A DNA stretch of 63,152 nt, filler included, from Saprolegnia diclina VS20 (taxonomy: Eukaryota): NCBI RefSeq assembly GCF_000281045.1. It is 16 parts of 6 records of this genome, joined end to end, with 100 filler letters (N's around TTAATTAATTAA, not from the genome) between each part and the next. Parts side by side here need not be neighbours in the genome. Positions count along the whole stretch, not along the records: positions 45,276 to 48,093 come from NW_008246262.1; positions 48,194 to 63,152 come from NW_008246262.1; 14 more parts are not named here. The stretch is one strand, 5' to 3'. This document shows, piece by piece, positions 45,734-59,720 of this stretch. Below the pieces are notes generated by a model. The model saw only the letters and a list, made by a program, of their open reading frames with translations, had not been told where the DNA came from and made no database searches. Every line of letters starts with the position of its first letter. Position 1 is the first letter of the stretch. A program made the position numbers and the translations under genes.

Positions 45734-47424
45734 CTTTCTAATTGGTTATGAGCCCAATATACGCATTTCTCATGCGCGTATCCCAACTAATATAATTCCG
45801 AATTTATTTCCATGTCACATATATTTATATCGGGAATTTTTTTTTATTGAAAATAGATTTCCAGCTGGATGTAAGGGTGCGCATTCGCTTTTTTACCTTC
45901 ATCGCTTTTTGAAAAATGGGCGTTTAAACGCACTTGCTTCAAAATAATATATCAGCTCGACGGCATTAAAATACAATTCTCGTATTCCGAGACATAATAG
46001 TCCATTCGATGTGAAAGTTTGCACATTGGTTTTTTAAATTCATATATATATTATGGTACCTTAATTCCAACCCAAACTAAAGTCTCTCTTTTCATAAAAT
46101 TTAGGTTTGCTCAAGCATACAGTAGTACGGAAGTGCTGGCGCACTCTGGTTCGCGTCGTTGACATTGGTTGTCAAAAATAATGTTGGCCTGCGATCAAAA
46201 GATATTCGGCTAAATGCACACAACCTGGAGCTTTATGTAGCGGAAGATGAAGTGTTTGAGAGGCCGCCCAAGCACATTACTTCGTGAGAGCACGTAAATT
46301 GATGTAGCGAATATGCCTACAAAGTTTTGTTCGGGTCTGTGTTTCCAAACTCCTCCATTTCCAGGTTTGTGTATTCTAGGGCGGACCGACTTCGCACTAT
46401 TTCCGAGCTTGTTTAGCTTTAGCTTATACGAATTCATTTCACACATTCAAAAGGTCAATTAGATTATAAAAATGATTAGCGCACGCACGGGTTATCTTCA
46501 TGCGCCGCAGAATGCTGTGCTTTAGACGCTACATGCACAAGGACCCATGCGTGAGTCGCCAGCCTTGGAGCCCATTTTAATGAGAAACAACATAAAATTA
46601 CCATCCGGATACGGAGGCTTTAGCTGGGTCATCCCCCGCACGTTCGGACGGGCGAGAGACACCCTATGATTATTGACCCTCGCTAAGGTAAACCATAAAA
46701 ATAAACTAGCCACCAATAATTTTATAACGATCGTGCTCATTGGCATTAGCAGCAATTCTGACACGGGGTACCACATGAAGCAAAGAGCCGTAAACACTTT
46801 TTGGGCGCCGCATTGATATGCATTTACGATTGGTCAGCACCGTGCTGTCCGAAACACAGGACCTGATGTTTGTTTCCCTAAGTCTACCTTAACGCAACGA
46901 GAGTCACTATTTTAATTGGATGTTTCGCGAGGCTGATTGCTTGTCGCCAGATCTGTGGCCATTTGCCGCCGTCTTCTAGCTCGTCAGCCCTCCCGGCGCC
47001 ATTCGAATGCGCGCTGCTGAGTCCGTGAAAAACTCTAGACGATTAATATTCGAATCCCAGTTCCACGTCGTCCGTGCTCAAGTGAACCTCGCCTATTCTT
47101 CGTCCCGATACATAATAATATTTTTACCCCGTTTCATTTATTAGCAAAAAAATACGTGATTTGTTTTCGTATTTTTAAAATGAATACATCATATATATGA
47201 CCGTGCTATGGGTTATCTTTATTATATATATTTATATATATATGAACGTGTTCCGCGTTATCTTTATTATGACACAAAGACTTCGCATACGTNNNNNNNN
47301 NNNNNNNNNNNNNNNNNNNNNNNNNNNNNNNNNNNNNNNNNNNNNNNNNNNNNNNNNNNNNNNNNNNNNNNNNNNNNNNNNNNNNNNNNNNNATCCCGTG
47401 GTGGACCCTACTCGCTAAGTTGTA

Positions 47425-47842
47425 CGGTGCACGTCGCCTACAGACCACATTTGTTTCAAATTCGGTCCAGCCTTTATCCGGATTATATGTATAGTAAAAC
47501 TGGTATATGCCGGATAGCAATATTAATAAAATAGTCAAAGTGATGAAATATAATTAATAAAATAGAGAAAATGATGAAATAATATTGCTCGCACGAGAAA
47601 AATGGCCTTACTTGTTGCAATTTGGCTCTCCGCCCCAAACATCCCCTGTATAAAGCGGTCAACTTTGGCCTCCATGCATTTCCTCAATTTTTCGAATTTT
47701 GAAAATCGGATCGCGAACATCGCTTCGTCTTGTGCCAAACAGTCGATCTACGCGCTTATTTCGTTGAAATTCTGTAATATATAAATTTGTTTGTAGCGGT
47801 TTTGGACACCATTTTAGTGTTGGCTATAGATGACGTGCACTG
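47425..47842. mobile_element. Tc1/mariner (pogo-like) MITE, 418 bp
   Basis: TA|CGGTGCACGTCGCCTACAG ... CTATAGATGACGTGCACTG|TA: imperfect TIRs, TA target duplication, AT-rich interior. Confidence 0.8.
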
Positions 47843-48193
47843 TAGCTTGCGCGAGGTCGTTCGCAGGCTCCTGTACTCGCACCACCATCATACCGAATGA
47901 TTGGCTAGCTCGTGTACTCTCTGCGGTTTGATTAGTCTAACATGTAAACTCGAAATGAGTCGGTCATTATGACTGGTCGTTTCTTATTATTTGCGCAATG
48001 CGGCCACTCGGTCGCTATACCAGCATACACGAGCAGCAGCCCAAGAGCGCGCTCAGGAACTCATACAAGGGCACTGGCGATTTACCAACACGCNNNNNNN
48101 NNNNNNNNNNNNNNNNNNNNNNNNNNNNNNNNNNNNNTTAATTAATTAANNNNNNNNNNNNNNNNNNNNNNNNNNNNNNNNNNNNNNNNNNNN

Positions 48194-50959
48194 CGCGGAC
48201 GTGATGGGACATCGGGTGCCACTGCTGCAGTTTTCTCGACACCTGCGAGGTTGTGCAGCTGACAGCAACCAATTTTGGTTGCTCCGCCGACGCATTCTGC
48301 GTAGTTGGCAACGCGATCACGCGGCTCGTCCATGGCGTATCTCCGAGCAGCATCATTTCCAGCACAACTCGGGTCACGCCCTCTTTGGGTGCTTCAACTA
48401 CATCGTCGAATGTATCCTCATCGAGCTCGATGTCCCGCCGCGGCTCGACGCAGCCGAGCTTGCGTTAAACATTGACATGCTCGCAGCAGTCGGGTGGCTT
48501 TGGAAACGGCTTGTTGGCAATGGAAACGGAGCTCCCCAACAGCGTTGCCAAACATTGCCAATCAGCCCTCGATTTGTCCCAAGGCGACGCCGTCGACGCC
48601 AGCACCGACCCGACGAGGCCGTCCTACTCACGGCCACGGGCCGCGCTTCGCGAAAGTCACCAAGGCAGCTCACGACTGTGCGAGGGAGCTAACCGCATGT
48701 CAGCGGGCGCAGCGACGCCTTGTGTGCAGATATGAATTGCCGAGATCGCTCAATGCGAGTGCTATCAGAGAGTTTCCTGCTACATCTGGGGTCTCTGTTT
48801 TGCAGGCATGGCTGTCCTTCCTTTCCTCAATCTAGACCGAGCTACTTGGGGGCAACAACCGTGTTGGTGTCCGCCATGCCAGAGTTGGGCGAGGCGGTCC
48901 CCCAGAGATGACGCCATGCGGTTGGGGCCAATCGAGTTGTGAGGTCGGTGAGAGGTTGTTCGTTGATGCTGGTGTGTTTCGTGAGTGCGTCTGGTGACTC
49001 CTTGCCGGGAGGGCGGGGTCTGGCATGCTGCCACGACATAAGGCCGCAGCACCGCCGTTTCGGATCTCGTGCGTCGAGTAGTTGTTTGGGTCTTTTTGGC
49101 GCGCCGCAGCCACGTTCTTGATCTCGCGCTATGCTGTTGGTGCTGAGCGAGATGGTGTGGTGTGGGTGATGTCTTGATGTATTCTTGGTGTTTGAGAGTT
49201 TGACCCTTGACGTCAAGAGACTTTGCGTCGTCGATTTCGAATGCACATGACTCGGGAGCTTGGGATGATGAGGGTCGAGGCATGCTCGCACCTCAGCGAA
49301 GTAGATTGGGCACTTCTGTTGGGTGACGACACACACGCATCCAGCAGAATGAGATCCGAATGAAAGGCTCGAGATGGAGAACATTAACCTCGAGATGCGC
49401 TTGAAGATCGGGAAGGGAGCCATCTTAATCGAGCGCCAAGAAAGGTGTCAACCAAGCAAAAGATCGAGCTTCTGCTCTAGTCGAACGCGGCAAGGCCGAG
49501 ATGGCGACGTTCGGCGAGCAGTATAAGGCGCAGTGCAAAGACTATTGCGACACGCGCAAGGAGACGATTGCGTTCTATTCGCAGCGCGTGCGCGACCTTC
49601 TTTTTCCAACGCAGGGCTTCGAGATGTGGACGCGGGATCTGGACAAGCTCCGTCAAATAACGGCGCCGCTTGGATGTTGTGACGGGCCGCTGGGTGAGCT
49701 CACTTGCGAAGGTGTGCAGGGCTGCGTCGAGCTTGGGGAAGGTTGTCCATTCGCGCCAGACGTGTCTGTATGCTGACTGCTGCTCGTACCTTGACCAAAG
49801 ATGACAGCCAAGGATGCTGCGCATTTTTGTCGAGTGCTCGGTACATCCAGCGCAGGCGTGCTGTATTCGGTGTGTCTGCCCACGAAGCCGTGTGGGTCTT
49901 TCATGTTGACGTATGTCGTGGCGACGGCTGTGTCTAGGAGCGAGTTGCTACGTCCCAGACTGTGACGTGTCGAGACCCGGAGCCAGTGCACTGCTTGCGC
50001 CGCCGAAGTGACCCGATGTTGACACCATACACCACTGGACAATGCCACAGAGAACGCCAAGTTGCCACACGAGTGCAGTGGTGTTGATGGCCAGCACCTC
50101 GATGTTGACGGTTGAGGTGCTGAAGGGTCCCGCAATTCTTTTCCCCACTCTCACGCCGCGAGATCAACACCCAAGCGTTCGCGGATGTTCATGGATGTGT
50201 CGACATCAGCTTGCATCGCCGTTGCCTTGCTAGCTTCCTCTTCCACGTCATCAAGTCGAATGAACCGTGACAATGCTCAATGATGGCGATGCCGACGGCA
50301 GCGGCGTCCATCTTTAGCTGGTAGATGACCGGGAGGAGTTGCCAAAGACATACGTTGGGACGTGCTCGAAGCGTGCCACCGACCAGGTCGCGTCCAGTAC
50401 GTCGAGGTCAGCTCGGGCCCGGAACTGGAGCCTGCGCGAGGCCAAAATAAGCGAGCGCCCAGTAGAAAGACGTGTTGGTCTTGGTGAGCGGCCGTGTGCG
50501 AGCAAAGTTCTGCGCTCTACAAATCGCGGTGCGGATCGGCTGTGAGCGTGAACACGCATGGGCGCGCGGCAATTTTTCCGGTGAGCAAAGAGACGACACC
50601 AAACTCGAGGTTCCGAACGAGGTCGCTGGCCCAGAAAACGTGACGGATCATGGATGGTCGCCTTCTCGTTGACGACGTTTTGGTTCCAGTGTTACGAGCA
50701 TGTCAGTGCTTGACGCGAGCTCGATGAGGATACATTCGTCGATGCACACTTGTAGTTGAAGCACCCAAAGGGGGCGTGACCCGAGTTGTGCTGGAAATGA
50801 TGCTGCTCAGAGATACGCCTTGGACGAGCCGCGTGATCGCGTTGCCGACTACGCGGAATGCGTTGGCGGAGCAACCAAAATTGGTTGCTGTCAGCTGCAC
50901 AACCTCGCAGGTGTCGAGAAAACTGCAGCAGTGGCACCCGATGTCCCATCACGTCCGCG
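48194..50959. repeat. ~240-bp inverted duplication (48194-48430 vs 50716-50959)
   Basis: Reverse-complement match with a few substitutions and one 8-nt indel; the left copy runs into the contig edge. Confidence 0.9.
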
Positions 50960-52479
50960 CTCGTTGAAGCTGTCGCACGTAACCAGGTTATGTACCTACG
51001 CAAGTAACCAAGTGATGCCCGCTGCTACGTCAGCCAAGCGTAGCCACGAGAGCAGTGATAGGACGACCTTGCGGGAGTGTGAATTTGAAACGACTCGCCG
51101 CTCAAAAACATCAAGACGTGGATGAGACGTGCGTCGACCGAGAGAGGTTGGAGGCTCATCTTCTCGAGGCCGAGTGGACAGCAGCTACCGCATCGATCCT
51201 TCTCTGAAACATCGTCGGTGCAGATTGATGTGGTGCCGGCAGGTTGAACCAGGGGTCCGCGGCATGCCGCAGATTTTTGTGCGATGGCATTGCATACCGG
51301 GTGACCATGACGAGCGAGCTGAACTCTTAGAGGAGCGTCGTTTCCTGGGGCGGTGATCTGCTGGCGACACCCGCGCATCAGTACAACCACGGATTGGGGC
51401 GCAACCGCGCTGCCGCTGCCAGTTGCCAAACTGAGACTCGCAGCTCGACGCTGCCTTCACCACCGAAGGACGCTTAAGGGGTCCACCGAAACGCTGAGCG
51501 CGCAGGTCTTGCTTGAACTCAAGACGTAGACTCGCCTCGTGGTTGGTTCAGTCGAGCCATGTAGCGAGCGCCGCTGAAAAATCAACCATCGTCGCCGTGA
51601 ACTCGGGCGGCACACTAATCGACCACCATTTGTCCAGTCGGTGGATTCCTGCTTCACACTCAGGAGGTGCGGTGTTGTCCCTCTCTTCTCTTTCCCATTG
51701 ACGTTGGCATCAGTACCATCAAGTCGGTCCTTGACAATCATGCTTGACGGCATGTCATCGTAACACCCTCCACTCGTCTGACGATGCACGCACACCAAGA
51801 AGCGTTTGCCTCGAGCACGTCCGAAGATGCCTTGACAGTCCGAGTGGCGAATAACTCGGCCGCGCCCGAAGACGCAAACAGAGTCACCGCGTGCCCCGGT
51901 TGCCACCGAAGACGCATTGACAGTCCGTGTGGCGAATATATTGGCCGTGCCCGGAAACGCGCACAGGCCCAGTTGCGATTAATTATGCCGAGACGACAGA
52001 GTCGCTGGTGCCGGCGCTGTTGCCAAACCGAGCGGGTGTAGTTGCGTGATTTGTCCAAGGTGGGACGCACAAGTACCCACCCTGGCACCTTCACAGATCC
52101 AAGTCCGCACTCAAAGCCCCCCCAGCGCGCCGCCGGGTTGTGTTGGTGAGAGCCATCGCGACCGTGTGAATGCGCAGCCGCCCGTCAACACCGGTGCACC
52201 ATTTGTATATTACAGAGCTCAGGCACTAAAGCTTCGACAAGCTCCGCGGGCTTGCAATTGTGGCTCCCCGCCATATAAAAGGCGCACCCAGAGCGTCTGA
52301 CAGAATTAGCGAGTGCTTGGTCGGCATGGCTTTGACTGCCCCCCTTGACCGCGACCTTCGATGGCCTGTCGTATTGCCACCGCCTCGTGGCTTGTCGCGC
52401 TGGCCGTGAGCTGGGTCGCGGGTTTGCGCCTGGAAAGCTCGCGACGGCGCCAGCGACGCCGCAGGCCGCCGTCGCGAGG

Positions 52480-52980
52480 GGGGAAATGAGAACAAAAACC
52501 GCGAACGTCTTGTGAGCTGCGGTACTGATGACGTCGCATTGCTGGGAGAACTTGTCGGCGTAGTCGAGCAGATTAATGCCCAAGGCAAGTGCACCATCGT
52601 CATATACACTGAGATCGCGAAGCCGAACGTGTAGATGTCGACAACCACAGAGCGAGGTCAGAGCGAGGTTGGCGCGCCAGTTGAGCGAAAAACAAAGGTG
52701 CCGAGACGGGTAGGGAAAACGGACCGTATCGCACTCACCCACGAGCGCCAGGGACGCAATTGGCAGGGGCGCTAGATACTGCGTGTTAGTAAATCGCCAG
52801 TGCCCTTGGTATGAGTAGGTAGAATTGTGAGCGCGCTCTTGGGCTGCTGCTCGTGTATGCTGGTATAGCGACCGAGTGGCCGCAGTGCGGTTGCGTGCGC
52901 GCTGCTCGCGCTGGAGGCGTAGATGCGAAGGGTGTCGGCGTCTTGGCTAAAGGCCATCGAAACCACGGTGCGTCGCACGC
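52480..52980 (-). mobile_element. Possible highly degenerate non-LTR (CR1/L2-like) reverse transcriptase remnant
   Basis: Colinear weak motifs VVSMAFSQDADTL (cf. DFSKAFDTV), NCVPG..GPF (cf. GVPQGS.LGP), LRDLSVY..FSQQCDVISTAAHKT (cf. KDLGV..F..H...I..KA); frames broken. Confidence 0.35.
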
Positions 52981-54646
52981 CCGACGGCCACCGTCGCGTG
53001 CGCCAGCTGATCGTCGCTCGTCGGGGCCGGGCAAGCGTGCGGACGGTGTCGGACTCGTCAATGATGACGTCAGCAACCAAGCGCCTTCCTTGAGGCGCAC
53101 CGAGCTGGAAACCACCATTGAGAGACTAAGCTTGGGGCCTTGGTTGCCGCGCAGATGCGGCATATGTCGCCGTGAGAAAGCAAGGTACTTGGAGAAGCTT
53201 AGCTTTTGACTGATACTACAAATTCATGGATGACTCGAGCCGCTTGCTCTGCGCCTGGATCTTTTAACGTGTGCGTGCTTCCACATCGAGGTCTTCTAGA
53301 ACGCTCGACCTTGCGCGGAAAACCTCGCCCAATTCTTGGAAACGACACGTCTGGGGAGTGTGGCTCATCGAAACAACCGCTGAGCGCTTCATGCAATTGA
53401 CCACCGCGCACGCGAGCGACAAGATTGCTTTCGTCTCGATGTGCCATTATACCAACTACCAGACAAACCCAATGAACTGGACAGCGCGCATCACCACGGA
53501 AGAATGAAGTGTCATGCGCTTCCATAACGAGGCCACCGATCTGCGCACCTGTGCTTTGTGGCTCATACTGATTTGCAAAAACAACGACCACTGGCAGCTT
53601 CTTCTGCCAGGCGATTCTCGCGGATAGGTCACAATCTTGGACTCGATGATGAACCAAGAGCGGCAGGCCACACACACGCAACTTGGAGCTCCTCACATTT
53701 GCTGATGATTTTGCCACTCTCGACATCGACAACCATCTCCACTTCCAACGCATCGTCTCGTGGGTAACTCAACAACCCAACGACTACGACTGTGGTAACG
53801 TCATTCTCAACACTATCTCACAAGTGCGCGCGATGCTGGTTTGTTTATACTAGCAAACCCCGCAAGGGATCGGTTATACTGGTAGGAGCCTCTTGTTACA
53901 CCAGCCCAAGGGGGATTGTCTGCCTGTCTGCCTCCGTGTTCATCGATCCGTACCATGTATCGCGGAGTGTCCAACGACATTTTTTGCCCTTGTACCGATG
54001 TTGTCTCCTCGCCCCACTTGCCCTTGCCCACTGCAAAAGTTCTCGCTCCCACATAACTAATCGAGGAACGGGGAAGACACAGGCTCCAGCTCCCTTCCTA
54101 AAAGAAGGCGGAAGTCAAGATTGCGCGCGGGCCAAGCCTCGCCACGCGCCACCCAGAAGGCCAGCGAGACGCCGAGTGAGAAGGCCACGGCCGGGTCCCC
54201 TTGCTTCAACATTTCAAGGCAACAACTTTTACGAGCTGACCATCTCGACGTCCGGCAAAACGTGCATTTCTATCACTGCTTCGTTGCCCGAGGCACGGCG
54301 TCTCCTCCACTGGTACGGCACTCAGTAGTATGACACAACCACAACCTGCGTGTACTTCGACTGCAGTTTACCCTCCGCAATTTATTCTAACCACTACCAG
54401 GTACCATGAAGCATTTACTTATCTTTTCATATTTCACTCCACTGCCGATGGGACCATCAGTTTCACTTCCTCTCAACAAAGAGTTCCTGCCAGCCCACTC
54501 TGCCGAGTATATATGGATCGACAGCATCCATAATCCAAAAACCACACTATTTCCGAGAGATCTGGATCCGCCATCAACCAATCAGCGGCGTCGATATCCA
54601 ACCGGTACGAAGAGGCGGCTTTCCGGTGCTTTCCCGCAGGCCCTCG

Positions 54647-57600
54647 ATGTCCGACGACAGTGCATCTCGCATCGCTTGGCTGGCCGACCAGGCAGAAAAG
54701 CTTCAAAATAGCGTCGTGAACGTTCACCAAGGGCTCTCGCTCGCACCGTCATTGTACTTCAGCACTCGTCGATGCACGTACAGCGACGTCGTGTCAATTG
54801 TCACGACCGTGCAGACGCAGTCACGGATCGCATCGGCCCAACAAAGCCACGCAAGGCGTCACAACCATGCCGACACATTCAACGACCCGCTCTATGTAAA
54901 CCCTCTCCAAAACGACCGTGACCGCGACCGCGACAACCTGGAGGTATTCTTTCTGTCTTGTGAACTTGACGTCTATTGAAGAATGCTGTAGCGCTACCGC
55001 AAAGCCCTCTCGTTCGAGCGATCTATCTTTATGTCCAAGCTAGATTCACACCGCCACACCCGCCTTGAGGTTTGCTCAATTATGAGTGACGTATAAATGA
55101 TTTTACGTAGGGCGAGTACAAGGCCGCATGTACGATTCAGCGCACGCAGCGCGGCCATGCGCTCCGTAAGAATCTCGACCGACTCAAGAAGACTCTCGTC
55201 ATTCGGAACAAAGTACGCGTCGCAATGAAGGACGTGACGTACGGCACTGGCATCATACTCGAGGAGAAGGACCGCACACGAGCGCGATTCCACGAGTGCA
55301 CGAATGCAGCGGTGCGCATACAGCGTATCTTTCGCCAGCGCCTCGCACTTGCCATTTGCCGCAAAGAGGCGCGTATGGTAGCGGAAGAAGTCCTCAACGA
55401 CTGTGCGCGCGTGATCCAATCCTACGTCCGGCAGCGCCTGGCGCGTTGCTACGTGCGCAAAATTCGGCTCCGGCACTACGAGCTTTTGTGCCTTCGCCTT
55501 GCGCTGCTTCTACAGCGACTCTACCGAGGGTACATTGCGCGCGGTGTCCTTCGCATGCGCCGTTACTGTCTTCAGACCGCGGCAACACGTATACTTCAGA
55601 ATGCCACAACGTGCATGCTAGCGACCAAAGCGCTGCGGCTTCAAGCCAGCCGAACGCAGCAGGCACAAAATGATTACGCCGCCATCTTCCTACAACGCTG
55701 GATGCGCGGCTTCACGAGTCGAGCACGTGTCTCACGGCTTCGCGCGCTAGAACGACAAAGTATCATGGTCGCGGCCAGCTTACTAATCCAGCGCGTCTAC
55801 CGTGGACACCTCGGACGGCGTCGGACTGTGCGCCGCGCGGCATGTTGCGCTGCCGAAAATCGATTGTTGGCTTCGATGGCGATTGCTCGAGCTGTTTCCG
55901 GTTTTCTTGGGCGCTGCCGAGCGCGCACATTGCGCCTTGAGCAACAAGTCGACGTTTTTATTCAAGCACGGCGCGGCAACCAAGAAGCAGTTGTCGACTT
56001 GCTCGACGGACTCGGTATCGAGGCGCCTTTGGACCCGAACGGCTTAGATCACAACGGTACCGACGCGCTGAGTGACATCTTCTAAATCTTGCCAGCGTAG
56101 GGAACACGGTGCTTTGCATTGCGAGTCGCTTTGGGCAATTGTCCATTGTGCGGTCTCTGATTACCCGCGTCCGACTGAACGCTGCAAACCATCTCCAAAT
56201 GACGCCAATCATGCTCGCTGTTCACTACGGGCACGCCGACGTGGCTGATTACTTGCTGACAAAAAACCCGGAGCTCGCCACAACGGGACGGACGGTTTTG
56301 CACGACGCGGCACGCAATGCGATGTTAACAACCGTTGAACAACTCTTACTGCATGGCTTAAGTGGCACAACCCAAGACGTGGAGTGGCGACGAACGCCGC
56401 TACATGAAGCTGTCCGGAGCGGTGACCTTGCGACAGTGCAATTTCTCCTTGACCATTGCCCAAAGGCCACTGTATGCTCGATATTTGGAAAACTGCTGGT
56501 TCTGAGCGAAGCGTAGGTCAACTACCAAGACGTGCATGGCGCGACCGTTCTACATTACGCCGCCCGCACCGGCAGCCTCGAGATGGTTATCGTGCTGCTA
56601 TGCGCAGGTACAATCGCGAGCTTCTTCTCGTCATCAATATCTCACACGTTGTGCGTCGAATTGCAGGTGTAGATGTGAGTATTTTGGACGGTCATGGCCA
56701 AACAGCGTGGCGGGTTGCTCTTTCGTGCGGTCACGATGCCATCGCCAGCGAGATCCGGAAGCGCTGGAGTCTCACGGACGAGCACGAAGACACCGACACG
56801 ATAGACGATATGAACGACGATGAGGCAGTGTTGACGCCAGCGCAGCGTGTCGCGGCGGCACTAGAGGGTCCGTTACGCAACCTCGAGCTCCTTCTGGAAA
56901 TGGGCCTGGACATCAATGAGCGCGACGCGAGCGATGGCCGCACGATGCTCATGAAAGCATCGATGAAAGGGTTCACGACGGTGGTTCGGTTTTGCGTCCA
57001 ACGCGGCGCGACCATCGACGAGATCGACAACGCGGGGCGAACAGCGCTCCTCCACAGTGCCCCTCACAGCGACGTAGCTCTATACCTGCTATCCCATGGT
57101 GCCAATATCTTGCACCAAGACGATGGGTGTGTTCTGTCTCTCTTCGGCTATGTGGTACAAGCATCTTTGACATAGAGGCCGCAGTGTCCTGCACGAAGCC
57201 GCTAGTCATGGCTACACCTTCAGCGAGATCATTGCCGTGCGCAATGTCCATGTCGACATCAAGGACAATGCAGGGTACTCCACGCCCCGAATTATACCAT
57301 GAAGCAGACCATTTGTCCCTACAATAGGTTGACACCGCTGCACGATGCTGCCAAGGTCGGCAGTGCCGTGGGTACCAAGAAACTGCTGAACCTTGGCGCG
57401 CGTGTGAGTTGCGCAGACTTGGACGACCGAACACCGATTCACTACGCCGCTATGAACCCATCACCCGCGGCGCTTCGAGTCCTCTTGCAGGCAGAGGCCC
57501 GCGCAGCTTCTCTTCGAGACCAACGCGGCCGCTCGGCGGTGTTTGCTGCCATTGAGCGCGGTCACATCGCGTGCGTCGAGGTGCTTCGAGCGTTCGGTGT

Positions 57601-58369
57601 CGCGCTCGACGAGACGGATCCACAGAACGCGACCTTGCTCCATGCCGCGATTGCGTCGAAACAAGACGCTTCTGTGGACTACCTCTTGGCGCAAACTCCA
57701 GTTGTCGAATGGGCGGAGCCACTGAAGGGCTCCCTTGATACGCCGCTGCACTTGGCGTGTCGAATGGGTTATGTCTACGCAGTCGACAAGCTCCTGAGTT
57801 CCGCCGCGGCTCCCCTCTCCACACGGGTAATCAATGCAGTGGAGTTGCTTAGTGACTCACGAGCTACAGGTGAATGCTGCTGGCGACTCACCGCTTCAGA
57901 CTGCTACCCGCTGCGGTCGCGTCGATGTCCTATCCAGTTTCATATCGCATGGCTTCGACTTGACGGTGACAGACCGCGAAACGGGTGCTTCGCTCCTACA
58001 CGTCGCGGCCGAGATCGACACAGAGACTTTGGACCCGACTCTTGTGCCGTTGTTAGTCCAAACAGGGGTCTCGATGACTCTTTTCGACAAGAAAGGGTGG
58101 CAGCCACTGCACATTGCGGCGGCGCGCGCCAAAGGTTACCCTGGCCACCTGTTGCAGTCCAAGTGAGTACGATGTGTAGGTGCGGGTGTTGTTCAAGCTC
58201 TTATCGCGGCGGGCGCTCCTGTCAACAGCGCTGCCAAGAATAACATGACGCCGTACCATTGCGCAGCCCAAATGGGTTTGTGCTTTCATCATGCCACCAT
58301 ACAGTCTTACCCATATCTCTAGGCATTGGAGAGATCATCGCGATATTCAAGGCGAATGGTGTGTCATAG
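54647..58369 (+). CDS. IQ-motif + long ankyrin-repeat protein, many short introns; start uncertain
   Basis: IQ motifs (AAVRIQRIFR, LQRLYRGYIAR, LQRWMRGFTSR, IQRVYRGHLGR) followed by more than 12 ankyrin repeats (TPLHEAV, TPLHDAA, TPIHYAA, TPLHLAC, QPLHIAA); final exon IGEIIAIFKANGVS*. Confidence 0.9.
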
Positions 58370-58664
58370 TTGCGAGCCAACGAGTCATGCCCCCGAGCGC
58401 TCAAGTAGCATAATTTAGCCAACAGAACTACTGTACTATAAAACAGACGATTGCTTGTCTGCACCTTCTTCGGCCCGACGAGACAAAAGCTTGTAGAAGG
58501 ATCCCATTCGAGCTCCTATCAGATCCACAGCATAAATAGGCCAGCCAATTGTATTGCACACTTTTTTAGGCTGAGCCAATCAAATCGCATAGACAAAGGA
58601 TTTGGATCCTACTAGTACTAGGGTCCGGGGGAGTGGGCTGGTAGGAACGATGAAATCATATGGA

Positions 58665-59720
58665 TTATGCCATGTTGTCGGTGACTTTGGCCTTCACGTC
58701 GTCGTCAGTCACGTCCATCGTCGTACGAGGTGCTCGGAACCGCTCGAAGCCAGATGATGACAATGGGCATGCAGCAGCGTTCCAATTCTGGATGAGCGCG
58801 TGGCGAATCACATCCAAAGCCTCGAACTCGGGCGGTGCCCCCGTGAGAAAGTAGCTCGCAAGGCCGAATCGCAGCCGTAGAGCCGCAATTTTTGACCGAG
58901 TTGCGGACCGCTCGAAGGGACTGAAAGGCACAGCGGAGCCCACCATGCTCAAAATGCGCGACTCCCGTGCTCCCGTGCGTTGATCTTCTTTGCCTGTGAG
59001 CTGTGCGGATTGTCCCAAATGAGTTGTTGTCGAAATTTGGGCGAGTTCGCAACAAGGGACCTTGGTTCGCAAGCTTGCCGAGTTACTCCAGCTGCTTCAT
59101 GGAAGTTGCACCAATGCGCGCCGTCTGGCGCACGCAGGCGTGTCGTTGCAGCTGGTTGAACGCCGTGGGAATGAAGTGAGGATCATCGAAGCGGCCGGCG
59201 TAAAAGCGGAAGAAGTGACGCAGTAGCGCTGGATTCATGCTTCCTTTTGGAGCTCCTATAGTATAGAGCAGCATGAACGCATTGTTGTTAGATGCATTGT
59301 GCCATACCTTTGCCGAGCATAAACAAATGGGGGAAAACACATGCCACGAGCACGTCGTTTAAGCACCACTCGCAAATTGGATCGTCGTCGCTCGTGACGA
59401 CAGCCACCAACGGGTCGCTAGTGCTGCCTGGAGCTTGGTTATCAACGTCCGTGCTACCAATGTGCGGCGACCGGAGGACATCGACTTGATCGTCGCTTGT
59501 ATTGACATGCCCGTATTGGTCGTCATCAGACGCGCGCTCGGTCACTAGCCCAGCGACAGCCTCAAGCGCGTTGATGATTTCGTCGTCGTCGTCGGCGACA
59601 TCCGGCCCATCGCAAACCTCGTCGTTGTCGATGGTGTCGTCTGGGCACACAATGTCGCAGAATGCATCAAGGTACGCATAGACTGTCTTGTTGACGGCAG
59701 ACACTTGGGCGAGGACAGCC
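58665..59720 (-). mobile_element. Degenerate Helitron-like Rep N-terminal region (second, divergent family) with intron 59256-59307
   Basis: VFPHLFMLGKG|APKG..LLRHFFRFYAGRFDDPHFIPTAFNQLQRH..VPFSPFERSATRSKIAALRLRFGLASYFLTGAP matches the Helitron 'FP.LF..G.G / RF..D..F....N..QR / G.P..FLT' region; stop and frameshift present. Confidence 0.65.

Noticed and set aside
47393..47410. ATCCCGTGGTGGACC as the 3' end of a tRNA
   Set aside because: Only ~15 nt visible after a gap; cannot be supported.
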